Assembly (NCBI GenBank): GCA_963666215.2
Contig: CAXWPL010000004.1
Coordinates: forward strand, 384,001-448,000
Source of the DNA: Acidobacteriota bacterium
GTDB lineage: Bacteria > Acidobacteriota > UBA890 > WLXD01
Reading direction: 5' to 3'
DNA length: 64,000 nucleotides
Part shown: piece by piece, positions 30,164 to 39,230 of the stretch
Layout of the letters: the number at the start of each line of letters is the position of its first letter
How positions within the stretch are numbered: position 1 is the stretch's first letter
Program-made: the position numbers and the translations under genes
Notes under the pieces: generated by a model
What the model saw: the letters and a program-made list of their open reading frames with translations, nothing else
What the model was told of the DNA's origin: nothing
The model's database searches: none

Positions 30164-32425
30164 CTATAGAATGCTGGGCTCCGTCGCGTACGACAGGCGC
30201 GCGATGGGTCGCAACTGATCGCGGTCGTGTTCAGAAGCGAGCGCCCGTTTTACAGCCTCCACGAGACCGCCCTCGCGCTGCTCCACTAGCTGCCTGGCTC
30301 GACGGATGTCTTCGTCGAAGGGTCGGTCGGTGAGCGCCGTTTCGATCTGCGCTTCGCGAATCGCCACGTAGGCCGCGCGCGTCCCGGGAGCGAGCTGCGC
30401 GATGCCGGCATCGCGGCACTCAGCCACCGCGCGTTCGAACAAGCGGGCCACAACCTTCGACTGGGCACGAAGACGGAGAACGCGATCGAGTGCAAGCTCG
30501 GCTGCGGTACCCGGCCGGTCTTCGATGAACGGGAACAAGGGCTGAGCGAGCGTGGCGAGGTTGTCGATGAACTTCTCTTTGGCAGCGGCCGCAGGCGTGG
30601 GGCGGCCCTTGGACTCACACTCGCGCACCCACGCGTCCCATGCGTCGGCTGCCCACGCTTCGAGATCCGACGGGCCCACGGCACCGACCAGGGTCCGCCA
30701 ATCAAGAGCCTGGGCGGCAACCATCAACTCGATCGCGATCACAGCCTGGACGTTCTCGAGCACGCTGCGGGCCTTGCGTCAGGCGATCGTTGCCATGGCA
30801 ACGTGGTCCTCGGTGTTGGCCGACGTCGGGATCGAATCGACCGACGCCGGATGCGCAAGGACCTTGTTCTCGGAAACCAGCCCGGCGGCGCAGTACTGCG
30901 CCAGCATGTAGCCCGAGTTCACACCAGCCTCGGGAATCAGATTTCCCGGCAGCCCGCGGTTGTGATTGCGATCGAGTAGGAGCTGCGTCCGGCGCTCCGA
31001 GATGTTGGCAAGCTCGGCGAGCGCGATCGCCAGGTAGTCGGCCGCCAACCCGACCGGCTGGCCGTGGAAATTGCCGGCCGAGAACGACTCCTTCTTGTGG
31101 CCTGCGTAGGCAACCTCGCCGCCACCGTCACGCGTCGGCTGCGTGGGCCAGTTGGCGTCGAATTCGGTGTCCCACTTCCTGCCGTCGCCGGTGACCACTC
31201 CGAGGCCCTCAAAGAAGAAGATTGGGTTGTCGATACCCGCTCGGATCTCCTGGTCGATCACCATGCGCGCGTACGAGATGGTGTCGCGGCTGGCGCCGTG
31301 GACCGCCGGGGCGCAACGGATCGAGTAGGGGTCTTGCACGGCGCCCGCTCGTTCCAGCAGCTTGCTGCCGTCGAGCACGGCGCGAACGTTCGCCGCGCAG
31401 TCGATTTGACCGCGCTGCCGTCGCAGTCGATGCACCTTCTCGTCGAAGGCACGGCCACAGCCGCACATCGCCTCGGCGGTCATGGCCAACGCGATGTCCG
31501 CCGCGCTGGCGAGCGTTTCCGCGTCGTGCACCGCGAGTGCAAGCAACGCCGCCGAGACCGTCGCACCGTTTGTCAGTGCGAGGCCTTCCTTGTAGCTGAG
31601 CGTTAGTAGCTTCGGGCTTGTTTGCGTCCGCCGAATCGGGTCGTCCTCGGCGGCGCGTTCCTTGGCCGCCTCCCACGCCAGGCTCAGGGCCCGCTGGAGA
31701 CACTCGGCGGAAAGCACGACGCGCTCGGGCAACTGGCGTTCGTCGATATCGGGACTGGATTCATCGAGGTGAGTCTCGAAGTCGGGGCCGGCAGCGATGG
31801 TTTCCGGCGTGGTGGCCAAGTAGAAGAATCCCGATCCAAGCAGCACTCCGAACAGATGGACGAGCGGCGCCAGGTCGCCACTCGAGCCCACCGAGCCGCG
31901 CGTGGGAACCAGCGGAACGACGCCGGCGTTGATCATCCGGCAGACGGTGTCGACAAGCTCCCACGAGGCCGCCGAGTGGCCCATCAGGAAGGTACTGAGG
32001 CGCAGCAACATCGTTGCCCGCACGACCTCCGCCGAGAAGTAGTTGCTCGGGGCCCTGAAGTCGGAAGTCTGTCCCACTCCAACGGCGTGACTGAGAAGGA
32101 TCTTGCGCTGCAGCTCCTCGAGCTCGTCGGGATCGATCGGGATGTTCTTGAACTCGCCGAACCCGGTGGTGACCCCGTAGTCGGTAGCCGGCGGCCGCTC
32201 TGCCCCGGCTTCATAATCGGATTTGCTCTTCTTGTAGGCCTCGACGCGCTTGACGAGCTCGGCGCGGACCGCTTCTACGCGCTCGCGCGCGGCAGGTGAG
32301 ATGCGGATCCGGCGCCCGCCTCGAGCTACCTCGACGAGCCGGTCGAGGTTGAGGTTCTCGCCCGTCAGCTCGAGCGAGTCATCCTTGGAGTGAGCGTGAT
32401 CGGGATTCGCCGGACCGTCGTTCAC
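30164..32425 (-). CDS. hutH: Histidine ammonia-lyase-like MIO enzyme, enlarged (about 753 codons), in-frame TGA at 30779-30781
   Basis: YGVTTGFG, LLSHAVG, GSVGSSGDLAPL, KEGLALTNG, QDPYSIRC, GNFHGQP, TSANTEDHVAM; downstream RKARSVLENV..ELMVAAQALD is in the same frame. Confidence 0.85.
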
Positions 32426-33864
32426 AGCCCGCTCTCGATGCGCCCCAGCAGTGCACCGAGGCGGCTCACGAGCTCGGCCCGCGGCGCCTCGAACTGGCCT
32501 GGGCGCTCTTTGATCCAGTCGGCGCGGTCCTTGAGCTCTTCCGCGCTCCTACGGCCGACGTCCATGTCCTTGATCTGGACCTGTCCCGACTCCTTCTCGC
32601 GCGTCCCGTAAATCACGGCAACCGGGATGTCGCAACGGTCGGCGTACTTGAGCTGCTTGCCGATACCCCGCTCGGTGCCGAGGTAGAGCTCGGTTCGGAT
32701 GCCGGCGCGGCGCAGCTCGTACGTCATCTCGAGGTAGTCGCTCGTGAGGCTCTCGTCCATGTTGATGACAAGCACCTGCGCGGTGGACCACTTGAGCTTC
32801 ACGGCGCCAATGTCGACCAGCGCGGCCAACAACCGATCGACGCCCATAGAGGCACCGGTTGCCGGAATCGCTTCGCCGGTGAAGCGCTGCACAAGCTCGT
32901 CGTAGCGGCCGCCGCCGAATACCGATCCGAAGCGTGGGGCGTCACGCAGGTACGCTTCGAAGACCGGGCCTGTGTAGTAGGCCAGGCCGCGAGCAATACT
33001 CAGATCGACAACCACGCGATCGTTGCCATACCCGAGAGCGGCCAGGTGGCCGGAGATGCGGTCGATGACGTCGATCTCGGCGCCGGCCTGAGCCAGGCCG
33101 GAAAACAGATCGCGTAGCTGGGCGATGACCTCGCCGCGCTCATCGGAACGAATCGCCAGAAAGAGCTCGATACGATCGACCTGTTCGCTCGTGAGGCCGA
33201 GCCCGGGGATCTGATCGCCCGATTCGTCTTTGTAGCCGGTCGTGAGCTCCAGGCGGACCTTGGCCGGCCCGATTTTCTCGAGCTTGTCGAGCACACGGAA
33301 AACGTCGGTGGACCTGTCGCGCGAGATTCCGGCGAAGTCGAGCAGCAGGTTGAGCACGCTCCGGCTCGAGAAACGAACGACGTAGTTGTCGACATCGAGC
33401 GCCGATAGCGTGTCGCACATGCCGGCGATGATCTCGGTGTCGGCAACCTCCGACGGAGCCCCCACCGAGTCAAGATCGAACTGGGTGAACTCGCGGTAGC
33501 GACCGGGGCCCGGCTTGTCGGCGCGCCAGACCGGCGAGACTTGGTAGCGGCGGAACGGCCGAGGCAAATCGACGTACTGGGAAACCACCCGCGCCAACGG
33601 CACCGTGAGGTCGAACCGCAATCCGAGCCCGCGCTCCTCTGGCTCGCGAGGATTGTCGACATGGAAGATCGACTGCTGCGCCTCATCGCCGCCGGTCCCC
33701 GAGAGCACATCGAGAAACTCGAACGCCGGCGTCTGTAACGGCACGAATCCGTAGAGCTCGTACACGCCACGAACCTTGGAGAGCATCCACTGCCGAGCCT
33801 GCATGTGATCGGGCAGTTGATCGCGAAGCCCGCGCGACAAGCCGGGAGTAACGAGATCTGACAT
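32422..33864 (-). CDS. hisS: Histidine--tRNA ligase, divergent KPGPGR type
   Basis: RGLRD, LRFDLTVPLAR, WRADKPGPGRYREFTQFDLD, RGLAYYTG, GGGRYDEL, GASMGVDRL, KQLKYADR. Confidence 0.96.
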   Translation of the reverse strand: MSDLVTPGLSRGLRDQLPDHMQARQWMLSKVRGVYELYGFVPLQTPAFEFLDVLSGTGGDEAQQSIFHVDNPREPEERGLGLRFDLTVPLARVVSQYVDLPRPFRRYQVSPVWRADKPGPGRYREFTQFDLDSVGAPSEVADTEIIAGMCDTLSALDVDNYVVRFSSRSVLNLLLDFAGISRDRSTDVFRVLDKLEKIGPAKVRLELTTGYKDESGDQIPGLGLTSEQVDRIELFLAIRSDERGEVIAQLRDLFSGLAQAGAEIDVIDRISGHLAALGYGNDRVVVDLSIARGLAYYTGPVFEAYLRDAPRFGSVFGGGRYDELVQRFTGEAIPATGASMGVDRLLAALVDIGAVKLKWSTAQVLVINMDESLTSDYLEMTYELRRAGIRTELYLGTERGIGKQLKYADRCDIPVAVIYGTREKESGQVQIKDMDVGRRSAEELKDRADWIKERPGQFEAPRAELVSRLGALLGRIESGL

Positions 33865-34054
33865 AGGTGGTTTGCCTGACTGAATGGCGGTCGTCAGGAC
33901 CGCGGCGCTCCGTGCGGCAGTGCAGTACCGCGCAGGACTGGAGCCGCTCGCGTCGGGGTACCGAGAGCGACGCGGCGGCGGTTGAAGCTCGAACAGAGTC
34001 AAGAATCGGTCACGCGTGCCCCGAGCATGAGCGGGACGCGGACCGAAGTTGGAG

Positions 34055-34127
34055 TACCGGCGACGGGACTTGAACCCATGACCTCCTGATCCACAATCAG
34101 GCGCTCTACCAGCTGAGCTACGCCGGC
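34055..34127 (-). tRNA. tRNA-His (GUG) with G1:U72 and A73
   Basis: GCCGGCG TA GCTC AGCTGGTA GAGC G CCTGA TT GTG GA TCAGG AGGTC ATGGG TTCAAGT CCCGT CGCCGGT A; full cloverleaf, anticodon at 34092-34094. Confidence 0.95.
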
Positions 34128-34250
34128 CCCAGGGCCAAACTACGGGCGCTAGTGTAGCGGTAAAACAAAGTCTCCGACGCGCCAATCACCCGGCGGATTG
34201 GCAGCGAGCATCGAGGCCTCGGGAAGTTGAACCACGTACAATGCGCAGCC

Positions 34251-34844
34251 ATGAAAATCATCCCGAACGCTCGTGCGTGCGCCCTCGTGGCGCTTCTGGT
34301 TTCGATCGGCTGCCAGCCGCAGCAGCAACCCGAGCCCGCTGCCGCGGCGGACCCGGTGACCACGGTGATCTACTTGATGCGTCACGCCGAGACGCTATTG
34401 CCGCCACCCGAGGACGCGCCGCGTGACCCGCCGCTCAACATCATGGGACAAGAACGCGCCGACGCGTTGGCGCGACTGCTGTCGAGCGAGCCCATCACGC
34501 AGATCTTCAGCACCGAGTTGCGGCGCACGCAGGAAACTGCGGCACCGCTCGCCGCCCGGCTCGGGATCGCGGTAGCCCCGTACGATCCGTCCGACCTGGA
34601 AACGTTCGCCGGGGTGCTCAAGGCAGCATCAGGCCGCGTTGTGGTATCCGGGCATAGCAACACCACGCCGGTGCTCGTCGGATTTCTCGGGGGAGAGCCC
34701 GGAGAGCCGATCGACGAGAGTGTGGAGTACGACCGGCTGTACACGGTGATCGTCCGCAACGGCGAGGTGGTGACGACGCTGCTTCAGCGCTACGGAGATC
34801 CGCTACCCGACAACTGGCAGGAGCTGGCTTCGACGCGACGTTGA
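34251..34844 (+). CDS. Histidine phosphatase (SixA/phosphoglycerate mutase-like) lipoprotein
   Basis: Lipobox-like SIGC; MRHAE, RTQETA, GHSNT. Confidence 0.85.
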   Translation: MKIIPNARACALVALLVSIGCQPQQQPEPAAAADPVTTVIYLMRHAETLLPPPEDAPRDPPLNIMGQERADALARLLSSEPITQIFSTELRRTQETAAPLAARLGIAVAPYDPSDLETFAGVLKAASGRVVVSGHSNTTPVLVGFLGGEPGEPIDESVEYDRLYTVIVRNGEVVTTLLQRYGDPLPDNWQELASTRR

Positions 34845-34853
34845 GTCAGGCAA

Positions 34854-35468
34854 TCACTCGGGGCGGGGCCGCTGCAGGATGCACACGATCTCGTCGCCAC
34901 CGAACGCCGTGTCGCCGACCGTCATGCCGAGCAACTCGAATCCCTCCGCGCCGGCCTCGGAGAGCTCTTTCTCCATCGTTGACGTTCGATTCGTGGCGAG
35001 CAGCAGGTACTCGTGCGGCACGGGCTCCGAGAACAGATCGAGCTCGACGATCACGGCGACCTCGTTGCCGCCCCAGAGGCTGTCGAAAACCGTCTGGCCT
35101 CGATAGCGGAAACCTTCGGCACCGACCTCATTGAGCTCCTTTTGCATGGTCGAGGTGCGCTGTGTGGCCTGGAGCTTGTACTCGTAGCGCCGCTCGTGGG
35201 GGGTGTCGGGCGATCGAACAACGGTTGCCACAACCTCATCCCCGCCGTGGGCAGTGTTGCCGCCCATCACGTTGGCGAGCCGAAACCCCTCGCCGGCCGC
35301 TTCGTTGAGCTCCTTCTCCAGAGTCGACGTCTTCGTTGTTGCGAGCAGGCGATACTCGTAGGCGGTCTCGACAGCCGCGACCGTCGGCGCGAGCGCTAGG
35401 GTGGATGCGGCACCGAACGAGCCGAGGGCCGAAACGAGCAAAACAGGAACCAGCAGCGCTACAGGCAT
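34854..35468 (-). CDS. Secreted protein with three internal repeats (DUF4177-like)
   Basis: Three copies of (Y/H)EY.L.AT..TST..KEL.E...EGF. Confidence 0.7.
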   Translation of the reverse strand: MPVALLVPVLLVSALGSFGAASTLALAPTVAAVETAYEYRLLATTKTSTLEKELNEAAGEGFRLANVMGGNTAHGGDEVVATVVRSPDTPHERRYEYKLQATQRTSTMQKELNEVGAEGFRYRGQTVFDSLWGGNEVAVIVELDLFSEPVPHEYLLLATNRTSTMEKELSEAGAEGFELLGMTVGDTAFGGDEIVCILQRPRPE

Positions 35469-35513
35469 GGAGTTCTCCCGGCGAAGCAAGGTCGGCGGAG
35501 CGGAGCAGAGGAC

Positions 35514-36287
35514 GTGAAAGAACAGTCTACCGGGGGAGCTGAGTCTCCCGCAGGTCCCCGAGCGCTCGGGACGCCGCCGGCGACCTCACGGACTTCGAAC
35601 GGCAACCGACTCGTCGGCATCTTGGCGCTGGCGGCCGTCGCTGCGGCAGTGGCGATAGCAGCGCAATCATGGGCTGCCGGCGGCCTGCTGGCGAACCTGT
35701 TGCGAGGCGATCTCGGCGCCTCGGCCAAGGTCAACCTGCTGCGCGCCGGTTTCCTGGAGTTCGGCCTCCTGGCTCCGCTCGTGTACGTCGCGTTCAGGAC
35801 CGTCGAGGTCGTCGTCGCGCCCATTCCCGGCACGCTTCTCTACGCGCCCGGCTGAGCGCTCTTCGGCGGCTTCTGGGGAGGGCTGCTATCGCTCGTGGGC
35901 AACGTGATCGGCGCCGGAGTGGCGTTTCTGGCCACGCGTCACCTGCTGGCGCCGCGTCTCATCGGCAACGAGGGCAAGCTCGCGAGCACCGCCGAACGCC
36001 TGTCGCGTCACGGTTTCTGGGTGGTGCTCTTGCTGCGCGTCAACCCGCTGACCTCATCGGACTTCGTCTCGTACGCCGCCGGCCTGACGTCGATGTCGCT
36101 GCCGAGGCTGCTCACAGCGACAGGTCTCGGGATGGCGCCGCTCTGCTTCGCCCAGGCATATCTCGCGGAGAGCTTGCTCGAATCGATGCCCTGGCTGCTG
36201 TACCCGCTGATCGTCGCCGGTGTCGCCTACGTGGTGTGGGCGGTCGTTGTGGTGAAGGCTCTCGTACGGCAGTCGCCGGACGACTGA
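35514..36287 (+). pseudogene. TVP38/TMEM64 (VTT, DedA superfamily) protein with in-frame TGA at 35853-35855
   Basis: VEVVVAPIPGTLLYAPG*ALFGGFWGG..LLRVNPLTSSDFVSYAAGL. Confidence 0.85.
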
Positions 36288-36289
36288 GG

Positions 36290-38185
36290 CTATTCCTCCG
36301 GTATGACTGGCAGGATCAGATGCGAGGGGTGCTCGGCCGAATGATGCACCGCGTTCCGGGCCACAACCCACTCGGTCTCATCAAAGTTGTTGCCGCCCGT
36401 GTTGAGGTTGCGCTCGTAGAGCGGGAAGTCGCTGCTCGACACCTGCAGCCGAATCCTGTGTCCCGCCGCGAAGTAGTTGCTGCTGGCGTCCAGATCGATC
36501 TGAATCTTGTAGACGCCGCCCTCTTCCATCCAGACCTTTCGATCAAAGCCGTCGCGATAACGCGCGCGGAGGACGCTGGTCTGGATGTTGTAGGCCGTGC
36601 CGTCGGGGTACACGTCAACGAGCTTGCTGGTGAAGTCGGTGTCCTTGGCCGACGACGAGACGTAGAGAACAGCCGTGATCGGGCCGGTCACCTCGATCCC
36701 TTCCTCGAGCGGCGGCGTTGTGTACACCAGCACGTCGTTGCGAATGTCGACGGTCGCCTGGTCGACCGCCCCCGACGACGTACCCCATGAGGTGCCCCTC
36801 TGACCTCCCACCGAGGGCACGGGACGCGCTGGGTCGTAGATGAAGGTGTCCGGCGGCCGGTCCCCCGGCGGATCAATAGAGAGACTGCCATCGCCATAGC
36901 GGCTGTTGGCGCTGCCGTCGCTGTGGAGGTAGAAGTTCGTGTACCGCGTCTCGGGCAACGGCCACGCATCCGCCGAGCCCCACTCGTTACGACCCATCGT
37001 GTAGTACTGGACCTTCGGCATGTCGGTAATACCGTTGTCCTTGCCCTTCAGCCAGTGCTCGAACCAGTCGATGTAGATGCGGTAGTACTCGAGCCGGGCA
37101 TCACCAACATCGCGATCGCCGACCATCGTGTGCGCCGTTGCCTGCTCATAGCTGCAATGTGTCGTCGGCGCGACGATCAGAAACTGGTTCTCGGCGGCCG
37201 TCTGCGACACCGCGTTCTCCCTGAACAGATTGAACTCGTAGATCGTCTCGGCGACGCTGATGTCGTACCAGGAGCTCACGTGCAGCGCCGGCACACTGAT
37301 CTTCTCGGTGCCGTCGTAGTAACCCATCACGTCGTGCCACCACGGATCGTCGAATCCGCGCTCAACCAGGTGGAGCCAATCGTTGGGCGGCGCTCCCGCC
37401 TTGTCCATGATGTCAACCAACGGCAGCGTCCAGACGAGCTTCTCCCAGTCTGGCTCCGGCGCCTCGGTAGCCTCGGGATCGTAGAGCTCGCGAATTCTGC
37501 GAACCTCGGCGTCGGACAGACCGGGCGGCGGCTTGAACGAGTACTTGTTGCCGGTTCGGAAGTACCACGGCAGCGTGACGGCGAAGTCGAGCACCCCACC
37601 CTTGAAGCCCGACCAGTAGCGGTAGCGACCGTTGGCGGCACCGATCATCGGACCGTTCCTCGGAATCATGGTCGTCAGGTTGGGGTGACGCAGAGGCGCG
37701 GTGGCGGCTTGTACCTCGGCGGGATACGAGCAGCCGTGCATCCCCACCCTGCCGTTCGACCACGGCTGCTTGGCGATCCAATCGACGGCGTCGTAGCCAT
37801 CGACGGCCTCGCTCCCGGCCGGCGGTGAGTAGATCCCCTCCGACTCGAACTTGCCGCGGCTGTCCTGGACGGCAACCACGAAGCCGTGCGACGCGAACAT
37901 GTACGCGTCGTCGTTCTTCGCGTCCCTGAAGGTGTTCTTGTTGTACGGCGTTCGGATGAGAACTACCGGGAGCTTGTCGTCCGGAATCTCGGGAAAGTAG
38001 GGATCGGTGGCCAAGCGCACACCGTCGCGCATCGGCACCATGTGGCTCTTCTCGAGCCGGACGTCGTTCATCGAACCGGGTCTTTGGATCGGTCCGGAGG
38101 AGTCCTGTGGCGCTGCCTGCTGGCGCGGCAGAAGGACGAGTAGAGGAACGACTGTCAGTAGCCACCAGCGCTTGCGCATGATCAT
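36290..38185 (-). CDS. CocE/NonD family hydrolase (S15), secreted
   Basis: PMRDGVRLATD, RTPY, QDSRGKFESEG, WSNGRVGMHGCSY, GHRIRLQVSSS. Confidence 0.93.
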   Translation of the reverse strand: MIMRKRWWLLTVVPLLVLLPRQQAAPQDSSGPIQRPGSMNDVRLEKSHMVPMRDGVRLATDPYFPEIPDDKLPVVLIRTPYNKNTFRDAKNDDAYMFASHGFVVAVQDSRGKFESEGIYSPPAGSEAVDGYDAVDWIAKQPWSNGRVGMHGCSYPAEVQAATAPLRHPNLTTMIPRNGPMIGAANGRYRYWSGFKGGVLDFAVTLPWYFRTGNKYSFKPPPGLSDAEVRRIRELYDPEATEAPEPDWEKLVWTLPLVDIMDKAGAPPNDWLHLVERGFDDPWWHDVMGYYDGTEKISVPALHVSSWYDISVAETIYEFNLFRENAVSQTAAENQFLIVAPTTHCSYEQATAHTMVGDRDVGDARLEYYRIYIDWFEHWLKGKDNGITDMPKVQYYTMGRNEWGSADAWPLPETRYTNFYLHSDGSANSRYGDGSLSIDPPGDRPPDTFIYDPARPVPSVGGQRGTSWGTSSGAVDQATVDIRNDVLVYTTPPLEEGIEVTGPITAVLYVSSSAKDTDFTSKLVDVYPDGTAYNIQTSVLRARYRDGFDRKVWMEEGGVYKIQIDLDASSNYFAAGHRIRLQVSSSDFPLYERNLNTGGNNFDETEWVVARNAVHHSAEHPSHLILPVIPEE

Positions 38186-38383
38186 CCTCCTGCGATGCGG
38201 GGGTCCGTTGCTGGCTGCGGAATCTAGCTCTTGCCCGCCACGGATACAACGGATGCAACGAGCTCGGTCACGACGAGCGGAATGAGCCGAGCGGCTGGTG
38301 CGCGCAGCGCGCGGTCGATCGACGGCGTCACTCCTGCCGCAAGGCGTCGACCGGGTCGGTGCGCAGCGCGCGCAGAGCGGGTC

Positions 38384-38764
38384 GTGGGTGCCGGCGTGGC
38401 GTTTCTAGCCACGCGTCAGCTGTTGGCGTCGCGCCTCATCGGCGATGAGAGCAAGCTTTCGAGCACCGCCGAGCGTCTTTCACGGCATGGTTTCTGGGTG
38501 GTGCTGTTGCTGCGCGTGAACCCGCTGACTTCGTCCGACCTCGTGTCGTACGCCGCCGGCCTGACATCGATGTCGCTGCGAACGTTGCTCACCGCCACCG
38601 GCCTCGGAATGGCACCGCTCTGCTTTGCCCAGGCGTATCTCGCCGAGAGCCTGCTCGAGTCGATGCTGTGGTTGCTGTACCCGCTAATCGTTGCGGGTAT
38701 CGGCTACGTGGTCTGGGCCGTCGTCGCTGTGAGGACCTTGGTAGGGAATTCGCAAGCTGACTGA
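38384..38764 (+). repeat. Diverged second copy of the 3' half of the VTT gene
   Basis: GAGVAFLATR..HGFWVVLLLRVNPLTSSD..GMAPLCFAQAYLAESLLESM nearly identical in protein to 35910-36287, with many synonymous changes. Confidence 0.9.
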
Positions 38765-38808
38765 CTTTCGTGCACCCGGACTTGCCGCCGCGGGCTCTCA
38801 GATATTAT

Positions 38809-38823
38809 TTTCCAATCTGGAAA
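38809..38823. promoter_or_regulatory. Palindrome upstream of a PadR-like gene
   Basis: TTTCCA ATC TGGAAA in an AT-rich patch. Confidence 0.55.
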
Positions 38824-38880
38824 TAAATTCCTGATTCCCACTGCCTACCTGGCAACTCCCGCCTGCACGAGAGTTCGCGC

Positions 38881-39230
38881 ATGAACATCACCGTCTTCAG
38901 GATTCTCGCCGCACTGACGCCGGCGGAGCTCGACGCGCCGGCGATTCTGACTGCCATCGGCCGGCTCGATCCTGGCGGCCGGCCCTCACATCGTTCTATC
39001 GGTCGCTCAACGCGGCTGTGGAAGCGGGCTGGATCGAGATCGTCCGCGCCGATCCCGACACGGAAACCCAAACCGCGAACGAGCCCAGCGGTCGAGGTCG
39101 ACCCAAGCAGGCATATCGCCTCACAGAGACCGGCCAGCACGCCACGCGAGCGGAAGCGGAACGGTTGGCGGCGCTGGCGGCAGCCGCCATCGACGCCCTA
39201 CCGGCCGGACGCTCGAGAGACTCGCGTTGA
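38881..39230 (+). pseudogene. PadR-like regulator, frameshifted near 38990
   Basis: MNITVFRILAAL.. / SFYRSL..EAGWIE..GRPKQAYRLTETG..EAERL. Confidence 0.7.

Noticed and set aside
34050-34130. tRNA-His as an integration site for a genomic island
   Set aside because: No duplicated tRNA 3' end and no integrase were seen in the window.
35907-38764. VTT duplicate as a DGR TR/VR pair or att sites
   Set aside because: Differences are mostly synonymous and at all four bases; no reverse transcriptase or integrase is nearby.
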